Below are positions 57,808 to 64,000 of a DNA stretch of 64,000 bases, one piece after another (positions within the stretch are counted from its first letter, which is position 1; each line of letters opens with the position of its first letter). The notes beneath the pieces are model-generated. The model was given only the letters and a program-made list of their open reading frames with translations. It had not been told where the DNA came from and ran no database searches. Position numbers and translations under genes: made by a program. Origin of the DNA: Candidatus Woesearchaeota archaeon (GTDB taxonomy: Archaea > Nanobdellota > Nanobdellia > Woesearchaeales > UBA10216); contig JACPTG010000001.1 in assembly GCA_016192905.1 (NCBI GenBank), positions 101,005 to 165,004 on the forward strand. Direction: 5' to 3'.

Positions 57808-58897
57808 TTGTTTAATGGGGGCTGCCCTTAAAGGTAATAGAGCAGCCAGCCCATGTGTTAGATTGGCTTTGTCAACCGCTCATTTTGCAACTGAAATATA
57901 TAGGCAGGCCACTGGCAACCTTCTTTTTGATCCTTTATCATATGCTGAGACACTTTTTCCCGAAAAACCTATTTATGTGGAATTTTTCAAACACAACGCG
58001 CATATTGCAGTGCAGTTCCAGAGAGCCACAGATATAACAAGGATCATTTCGTCCAGTATATATTACCTTGAAGGGACAGAATTTGAGGAATCAAATAAAA
58101 GTGCCTTTGCTGAAAAGCTCATGGGAAAAATTCCCCCTGGAAAAGATTTTTACCTTGTTTTCTATCCAAATTTCGGATTTAGCTTTGTCATTCCATATGA
58201 TAACTCTGAAATGGCGGATTACTTTGGTTTGGAAGGAAAGTGCAGTGGATTGTCACTCTCAACAAAAAGGCCATTTGATGACTATGCTCACTTTTATAAG
58301 ACTGAAGATTTAAGTGAAGTCGGAAGAAGATTGGTCCACGAAACATTCCCTTTATCAACATTGCGCGAGGAACTTAGAAGTGGAAGTCAATTGTCCTCTC
58401 TTTTGTCATACGCAACAATAATGAAAAGTCCAGAGATTAAAGATGGTTCTCCGACAATAGTCGAAATGATTGCTGCTCACGAAAGGGCTCATCTTGTTTC
58501 CTCCTGGATTTCATACAGTACGGGGCCTCCTCATTTTGTTTCCGGGGGGCCAAATTATGAATCAAACAGACTTGAGGAATTTTTTTGTGACCTTTTGGCC
58601 ATACAGCACTATTCATCCTTGTATAAAGCCACAATGGAAGATGCCAAAAGGCTTTTTAATCATGCAAAAGATTATCAAATTGATAGATTTTCTCCAGGAA
58701 AACCTGATGAACTTCCAGGGATTCTTGATCAGATTACCGTCATGGCTCTAGCCGGAAAAGTTCCACTTGATTTTCTTGCCTTTGCCACAAGAGGCGTTTA
58801 TTGGCTTGCGCCATATATGATTGAAGAAATTGAAGCATTCCTTGAAACTAATAGTTTTAGGCATCCTGGCCAGGGCATTTTAAGTCTAGCGCCATAA
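57791..58897 (+). CDS. hypothetical protein with an HExxH motif
   Basis: 368 aa; IAAHERAHLVSSW; overlaps the upstream gene by 17 nt. Confidence 0.35.
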   Translation: MLDPDDCLMGAALKGNRAASPCVRLALSTAHFATEIYRQATGNLLFDPLSYAETLFPEKPIYVEFFKHNAHIAVQFQRATDITRIISSSIYYLEGTEFEESNKSAFAEKLMGKIPPGKDFYLVFYPNFGFSFVIPYDNSEMADYFGLEGKCSGLSLSTKRPFDDYAHFYKTEDLSEVGRRLVHETFPLSTLREELRSGSQLSSLLSYATIMKSPEIKDGSPTIVEMIAAHERAHLVSSWISYSTGPPHFVSGGPNYESNRLEEFFCDLLAIQHYSSLYKATMEDAKRLFNHAKDYQIDRFSPGKPDELPGILDQITVMALAGKVPLDFLAFATRGVYWLAPYMIEEIEAFLETNSFRHPGQGILSLAP

Positions 58898-58910
58898 TCG
58901 GAGATTTTTC

Positions 58911-58930
58911 CCTAATCCTGGGCCCGGCGC
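58911..58930 (+). repeat. att-like direct repeat (degenerate copy)
   Basis: cctaatcctgggcccggcgc; 1 mismatch to the copy at 56767..56786; overlaps the 3' end of fur. Confidence 0.5.
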
Positions 58931-59328
58931 TGCTGCGACGTGCCTATGCAATCCTCGCAGATTCCCTCTATCTCCAACTGGAAATGGCACACCGAGCCCC
59001 TGATTTTCCTCTGGATGAAGTCCACTGAATCAAGCCTGATGCTGGAAACCAGGCCGCATTCCTGGCACTTGAAATGGCAGTGCGTCTTGTTGCTTACTGA
59101 AAAGAGCATCCTGTTCTCGCAGCTGTAAGCGTGGATCAGGTTTTTCCTGCGGGAATCGTTAAGGAACCTGTAGACAGTGGCCATTCCAATGCCTTTATCC
59201 TTTTTCCTGGCAGAATGGAACAGCTCTTCTGCCCTGAAGAAGGTTGTGAATTTTTCAGCCTCGTTCTGAAGGAGGCGCTTTTGCCTGGTTTTCCTCGAAA
59301 GCTTCCCCATATTGATAATAAGAATCAA
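58912..59328 (-). CDS. fur: Fur-family transcriptional regulator
   Basis: TRQKRLL...ATVYRFLN...HCHFKCQECG...HFQLEIEGICEDC metal-binding motifs; 138 aa. Confidence 0.7.
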   Translation of the reverse strand: MILIINMGKLSRKTRQKRLLQNEAEKFTTFFRAEELFHSARKKDKGIGMATVYRFLNDSRRKNLIHAYSCENRMLFSVSNKTHCHFKCQECGLVSSIRLDSVDFIQRKIRGSVCHFQLEIEGICEDCIGTSQQRRAQD

Positions 59329-59483
59329 TTAGGTTTATAAATATTGCGCGCCTCCTTAAGAGGGCATGAGAGCAGGCAATTTAATGCGGGTGATTTGCCA
59401 ACTTGCACTGCATCTAAGCCCTGATTTTTGATTTGATGTGCAAGCAGTGTTTAATTTGAAAAGCTTGGCCTTTCCAACAACCC

Positions 59484-59723
59484 TTGATTATTCTAACCGA
59501 GGGTGAATCTCCAAAGTATCCTACAAAAGTCATTAATGAACTGGCCGGGAAGGAATGGATTCTGACAACCCATTATGGGCTCGAACTTTCATTAAACATC
59601 AAAAAGAAGAAAGAAATAGAAGAGTTCATTGAATCCGCCTTCACTCAGGCTGCGCCAAGCCGTTTTCTTTATGATAAAAAAAGAATAAATTTAAATAGCC
59701 GGTATACTAACAGTATACTATGA
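59484..59723 (+). CDS. hypothetical protein
   Basis: 79 aa ORF ending 3 nt before the antitoxin gene. Confidence 0.25.
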   Translation: MIILTEGESPKYPTKVINELAGKEWILTTHYGLELSLNIKKKKEIEEFIESAFTQAAPSRFLYDKKRINLNSRYTNSIL

Positions 59724-59938
59724 CTGTAACGACTGTTAAAATAAGGAATGAAACAAAGACCTCTCTGGATGAAATTAAATCAGACAGGGAGACCTATGAT
59801 GAAGTTATCGCAAAGCTTGTTTCCAGTGCAAAAAAGAAAAACCTCAAGGATGAGCTTATTGCAGGTTACAAGGCAATAGGCAAGGACGAGCTTGAAACAT
59901 TAAAGGACTGGGACTCGGCTTCTGCTGATTCAGACTGA
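59720..59938 (+). CDS. mazE: MazE-like antitoxin
   Basis: 72 aa with an acidic C-terminus; stop overlaps the start of the toxin gene. Confidence 0.5.
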   Translation: MTVTTVKIRNETKTSLDEIKSDRETYDEVIAKLVSSAKKKNLKDELIAGYKAIGKDELETLKDWDSASADSD

Positions 59939-60279
59939 TGCGTGAAATAAAAAGGGGAGATATTTGGCTTGTTAATCTTGACCCAACCATAGGCCATGAA
60001 ATAAAAAAAGTCCGGCCTGGATTGATAATACAAAATGACATAGGGAACAAATACAGTCCAATCACCATTGTCGCTCCGATAACCTCCCAAAAAACAGAAA
60101 AAATTTTTCCCTTTGAAGTATTGCTGCCTAAAGGAACAGGCCTGGACAAGATTTCAAAAATTCTGCTAAATCAAATAAGGGCGATTGACAAAGTCAGGCT
60201 AACAAGGAAAATTGGCAGGCTGGATGAGGATACAGTTCGGAAAGTCGATGAAGCATTAAGAATAAGCTTGGGGCTATAA
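59938..60279 (+). CDS. mazF: MazF/PemK-family endoribonuclease toxin
   Basis: MREIKRGDIWLVNLDPTIGHEIKKVRPGLIIQND, typical PemK/MazF N-terminus. Confidence 0.75.
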   Translation: MREIKRGDIWLVNLDPTIGHEIKKVRPGLIIQNDIGNKYSPITIVAPITSQKTEKIFPFEVLLPKGTGLDKISKILLNQIRAIDKVRLTRKIGRLDEDTVRKVDEALRISLGL

Positions 60280-60357
60280 GGATGGAATAATGAACCCGAT
60301 GAAAATGGCGTCATTGGCATTCTGGAACATTTTGGCCTGGCTTAATGTCTTGCTAAA

Positions 60358-63126
60358 TCACCTTTTCCTGACCAAGAGTGCCAGCACAATCAGGCCGGCG
60401 GCAGCGAGACCAATAACCAGAGCCGGGAGTTCAGCTTTCTTCTGTTCCTCAAGCTCATAATACTCCACTGTAACAGGTATCTGCCTCTCATACACCAGCC
60501 TGCCTGCTGAATATGCATAAGCAGTGAGGTTCCCTGTGGCCTGCATTAGCCTTGGCTGGCTGGACTTAACTGCGAATCCTCCCGGAGACTCTGCCCTGCC
60601 AGGATTGGCCGGCATTGGAGTGATCAGCAAAGTTGATGGCAGGGATGAGCCGTACCTTAACTCAATTTTCCCGCTGAGCTTCGCTGCTACAACAAACCTG
60701 AATTCATGCACATCGCATTGTGGAACCGACGCAATGGTTGCCTGAAAGCTGGACTGGTCTGCAATGTAGATTTGGTCAGGAAGGCCAGTAAGCTGAATAT
60801 CAGTGCAATTTTGCCGCTCGGTCTTGCCGGGTTTTTTCTGCGGTGAAGGCTGCCGCGCCTCCTGTGGTGCCTGCTGCCTGCTGGCCTGCCTTGGTGGCGT
60901 TCCGCCTGTGGATGTGCTTCCTGCTGAGCCGCCTGAAGAGGAGCCTGCGCTGGATGAGGGAGCGGCAATTGCGGTCTGCCCAGCCTGCCTTTGCTGGCCG
61001 AATGCGCCAAAGAGGCTAAGGTGAGTTACGTTAGCCGTGACCCTGTTTGCCGTTGTGTTTACTGTTGAGTTTTCCGCCTGCCAATTTGCGGATGTCTCGT
61101 TGTAGTAATATACTTTTATCGTTGACTCATCAATAGCCGCATGCTCATCATAGGCTATTGTAATCTGTGCGGAAGACACATTTGCGGGCTCTGAATGGCT
61201 TATTTCAACAAATTTTTCCATCGGCATGGCTTCAGGGCTTATGTTGACCGGGCTCTCATTGTACTCTGCCATATAGACCTGCCGGGTGATGTTATCCGAG
61301 TATTTTATCCTCGCCGTGGTGTTTGATGAGGTGAGTGTTGCCTGGCCTGTTGCGTTTTCTGTTTTAACCTCAGCCACTTTGGAGATTGCCACGGCTCCGA
61401 GGGTGTTGTTCTCGCTGCCGATGTGCAATTTTGCTATGAACAGCCCTGCGAGTCTGCTTAAGTTGAAGGTATAGCTGAATGTTCCATTTACGTTTTGCCC
61501 CGCCTCATTCGAAGCAACCTGCCCTTCCCTATAAAGCGTCACGCTCGTGTTAACTTCGGTTTCATTGATTATCCTGGCCGTCACTGTCAGGGTTCCTGTG
61601 GCTGCCTCTGGCATGTTATAGCCTGCGAGCCGGGGCTGGCTGCTGCACGACTGTTGGAATTCTGAGCCGTTGCCGCTGTAAGTGTCGGACAGAAGCAGGC
61701 TCTTGCCATAGCAACTGTTAATGTCAGTTATGTTTGTGCATTGCCTGAAGCCGCCTGCGCAGCTACCGTAAGACTGGCAGGCCCAGGATGGAGTGCAGAA
61801 GTCGCATAGGTAGCTTTTGTTTGACGGATGGCTGTTGTCTGACTGCAGGCCTGTTTTATTGTAGCATAAGCTGGAGTCCATGTAGTATGAGATGATTGTG
61901 TCATTAACAAGGCAACTGCCATTGAATTCAGTCCAAAGCGGAGTGCAGAAGTCACAGCCAAAGGTCGTATTTGCGGGCGGCCTGTCAGACTCAAGAAGCG
62001 TCTGGCCATAACAGCTGTTTAAATCCTCAGCCCACATGACAAGCGTGTCATTCCTTAGGCAGCTGGTGTTGCGAAGCAGCAGATTTGGCGTGCAATAGTC
62101 GCATGCGCCGTAAGTGCCGTTGTCGGCGGGGATTCCATCGCTTGTGCCGCAGGTGTTTGCATCTGCGTATATCTTTTGCCTGCTGTCGTTTGGAAGACAC
62201 TGGCCGTAGGCTGCCTGCCACGACTCAGTGCAGTTTGCCCTGGAATAGTTTGCCGCGATTGCCATAAGCACAGGCGTTTCCAGGCCGCTGCCCTTAAGAA
62301 TGGCCTTGAACATGATTTTTCCTGCGGCTGCTGCTGACAAATCCTGATTTGCCAGAGACCATGTGCTGCCTGAATCAGTGGAATAATAGTATTCAACAAC
62401 CTGCCCATTCAGCACTGCTGATGCGCTGAAATCGCCCCACTTGTCCATGGAGGAGGGCGTGAAGTCTGCGGTCTGTATTTCACCGGCAGCAGCGTATGAA
62501 TTGCCGTACACATAAAATGCATACTGGTCTGTGTAATTTGCCTCAACATAGTCAACTTTCACTGTGCTGTCTGAGTCAATGGTTATGCCTGCCGTTTGGT
62601 ATGGAAGCCCTGCCAGGGTGATTGTGTACCATCCCTTGTCTTTTGAATGGCTTACCTCGCCGTAGCCAGGGCTTGCGCAGCTTGAGGAAAGGCAGATTCT
62701 CAGCTTGTCAGCCTTGCTTGGATCCATGTAGATACTGATGTTGTCGCCGTTGCCCAGGGCATGGCTGAAGGTGATGTTCAGTGCCTTATTCTTGCTTAGG
62801 GAGGCGTGGGAATTGTCAACAGCCGCTATCCTGGCCAGTGCATCCTCTGTTTCATTTTCATCATCAACAAGCAGGGCATTTATTGCCTCGCTTTGGTTTG
62901 TTGTGCTGCCGTACTGGATGCTGGTTAGCGTAACAACAGCCAGCCTGACTCCACCGCTGATGTTAATTGATGAATTGTACTGGTACCCGCCTGGAGTGCT
63001 GAAGTCCCACAGGCTTTGCCGCTGCTCGTATGTTACATGGCCAGTTACCCCCTGGTTTGGCCCGAAAGTGGCCAGCAGCACTGCACCAATCGCTGCAACA
63101 AGAAGGAGCACCCAACCTTTTTCCAT
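60358..63126 (-). CDS. large secreted surface (glyco)protein with Cys-rich tandem repeats and a C-terminal TM anchor
   Basis: Signal peptide MEKGWVLLLVAAIGAVLLATFG; three repeats of about 45 aa CD[FY]CTP...C...CY.[KQ][TS]; many N-x-S/T sequons; Ser/Gln/Pro-rich linker; C-terminal LPALVIGLAAAGLIVLALLVRKR. Confidence 0.6.
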   Translation of the reverse strand: MEKGWVLLLVAAIGAVLLATFGPNQGVTGHVTYEQRQSLWDFSTPGGYQYNSSINISGGVRLAVVTLTSIQYGSTTNQSEAINALLVDDENETEDALARIAAVDNSHASLSKNKALNITFSHALGNGDNISIYMDPSKADKLRICLSSSCASPGYGEVSHSKDKGWYTITLAGLPYQTAGITIDSDSTVKVDYVEANYTDQYAFYVYGNSYAAAGEIQTADFTPSSMDKWGDFSASAVLNGQVVEYYYSTDSGSTWSLANQDLSAAAAGKIMFKAILKGSGLETPVLMAIAANYSRANCTESWQAAYGQCLPNDSRQKIYADANTCGTSDGIPADNGTYGACDYCTPNLLLRNTSCLRNDTLVMWAEDLNSCYGQTLLESDRPPANTTFGCDFCTPLWTEFNGSCLVNDTIISYYMDSSLCYNKTGLQSDNSHPSNKSYLCDFCTPSWACQSYGSCAGGFRQCTNITDINSCYGKSLLLSDTYSGNGSEFQQSCSSQPRLAGYNMPEAATGTLTVTARIINETEVNTSVTLYREGQVASNEAGQNVNGTFSYTFNLSRLAGLFIAKLHIGSENNTLGAVAISKVAEVKTENATGQATLTSSNTTARIKYSDNITRQVYMAEYNESPVNISPEAMPMEKFVEISHSEPANVSSAQITIAYDEHAAIDESTIKVYYYNETSANWQAENSTVNTTANRVTANVTHLSLFGAFGQQRQAGQTAIAAPSSSAGSSSGGSAGSTSTGGTPPRQASRQQAPQEARQPSPQKKPGKTERQNCTDIQLTGLPDQIYIADQSSFQATIASVPQCDVHEFRFVVAAKLSGKIELRYGSSLPSTLLITPMPANPGRAESPGGFAVKSSQPRLMQATGNLTAYAYSAGRLVYERQIPVTVEYYELEEQKKAELPALVIGLAAAGLIVLALLVRKR

Positions 63127-63340
63127 GATTAATCCTGCCGCAGCCGAATATATAAAATTGACGACTTTTGGTTTAACTTATACACGCCATTAAAGCTATT
63201 AGGCAGCAGGCTGTGGCTTCTGTTTTAGGCAGCCCCTGCAGGGAGTTTGCCAAGGTGTACTGCTTAGTCATTCACGGCTTTGCAATGTTCACTGCCCTTT
63301 TACGCAAAATTTAATATGCGGGCCTGGATGCCTTTCGGAA

Positions 63341-64000
63341 ATGGACTTTTCACCTGGAATGATTCAAGACAACGTTGCCCGTATTCTGGCAGAGCCCGCG
63401 GCCTTTGGCATGGAGAGGCACGCCCACCATATCTACCTTGACAGGGTTGCCGAGGCACGCTTTCATCTCGCCAGGGGCTTCCAGATTATCAATGACGAGC
63501 TGCGGCTGAACCCCAAGCATTCTGCCGCCACCTTCCGAATGCCATGCATGGTTACAGCGCTCGCCCACAGCGGATGCGTTGACCGGGTCCAGGATGAGGC
63601 TCATTTTACCTACCTGAACGATATCGGAAGGAGATTTGGAATGATGTCTGAGGTTGGCCTGCCGAGGGTTGAGCGCCACTTTCCGGCAGGCGGCGGAGTC
63701 ATTGACGCCCGGACAATAGCGCATGTTACCATAGGCCATGCAGTGGACGAGGCCATCAGGTCAGCACTTTATGCCGGAAACCCGTGCTCGGGGATTTTAT
63801 ACAGCTTTGACATCCAGACGCATGTGGGCCGCCTGGACTCAGACAAGGCGACCTCATTCGGGATGACCAGGGAATCGGCATACCGCGGCCAAAGGGCTGC
63901 ATGCGGCGCAGTCATGGCGGCGCTTAACCATGCTGACCTGTCCAATGCAGACCACAGCCGCATCTTGTCAAGCCTGGGCGAGGAAAATGTCAGGACTCTA
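63341..64000 (+). CDS. hypothetical protein, 5' partial CDS that runs off the window
   Basis: Open frame from the ATG at 63341 to the window end (220 codons); absent from the ORF track because there is no stop. Confidence 0.4.
   Translation, partial: MDFSPGMIQDNVARILAEPAAFGMERHAHHIYLDRVAEARFHLARGFQIINDELRLNPKHSAATFRMPCMVTALAHSGCVDRVQDEAHFTYLNDIGRRFGMMSEVGLPRVERHFPAGGGVIDARTIAHVTIGHAVDEAIRSALYAGNPCSGILYSFDIQTHVGRLDSDKATSFGMTRESAYRGQRAACGAVMAALNHADLSNADHSRILSSLGEENVRTL

Larger units (their letters stand above)
47176..58930. mobile_element. integrated element(s) at the tRNA-Ser 3' end: a segment of about 9.6 kb carrying an integrase (to 56786) plus a 2.1 kb cassette between further att-like repeats
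   Basis: An intact tyrosine integrase lies next to the tRNA; the 16-nt tRNA 3' end sequence AATCCTGGGCCTGGCG recurs at 56770..56785, and a 1-mismatch copy within a 20-nt repeat at 58911..58930; plasmid-like replication genes are present and the region looks more AT-rich by eye. Confidence 0.55.

Noticed and set aside
60687-62408. Antisense ORFs (60687..61010, 61728..62009, 62055..62408) inside the surface protein gene
   Set aside because: They are opposite a 922-aa gene that has a signal peptide, repeats and a TM anchor
63350-63963. Minus-strand ORFs 63350..63739 and 63769..63963
   Set aside because: They overlap an uninterrupted + strand partial CDS (63341 to the end) with more protein-like composition
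1-64000. CRISPR arrays and rRNA genes
   Set aside because: No regularly spaced direct repeats with unique spacers and no rRNA-like stretches were seen anywhere in the window

Overview
This window looks like a chromosomal segment from an archaeon, probably an uncultivated DPANN-like or otherwise small-genome lineage; that attribution is an inference from gene content. The evidence is archaeal ribosomal proteins (eS31, S24e, eL37, S8e), Spt4/RpoE, the Sm-L37e operon, SRP54, XPD, and several tRNA genes that appear to carry introns, one of them in the D-loop. Housekeeping content includes pyruvate kinase, M17 leucyl aminopeptidase, methionine aminopeptidase type 2, class I FBP aldolase with GlpX, and a histidine cluster (tRNA-His, hisG, hisI, hisS) interrupted by a VapBC pair. 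There is also a pyrimidine-dNTP group: Tmk, a ThyA-like enzyme fused to an MtrA-like N-terminal domain, a UPF0200 kinase and dCMP deaminase. The accessory load is high: several toxin-antitoxin modules (VapBC, HicB-like, DUF4258 with a YgiT-type zinc finger, MazEF, AbrB), two Lrp regulators, a MoxR(CbbQ/NorQ-like)-helical protein-vWA operon, and a Tat-secreted SleB-like cell wall hydrolase. A tyrosine-integrase element of about 9.6 kb sits at tRNA-Ser(CGA). It is followed in tandem by a second 2.1 kb cassette that has no integrase and is bounded by a further copy of the tRNA 3' end repeat. The element carries an AEP prim-pol, an SF3-like helicase and a P-loop ATPase. No CRISPR array or rRNA gene was seen. 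The candidates I rate most likely to be new are the MtrA-ThyA fusion, the zinc-ribbon/Hjc-like nuclease/unknown operon, the split CbbO-like MoxR system and the tandem-att element.
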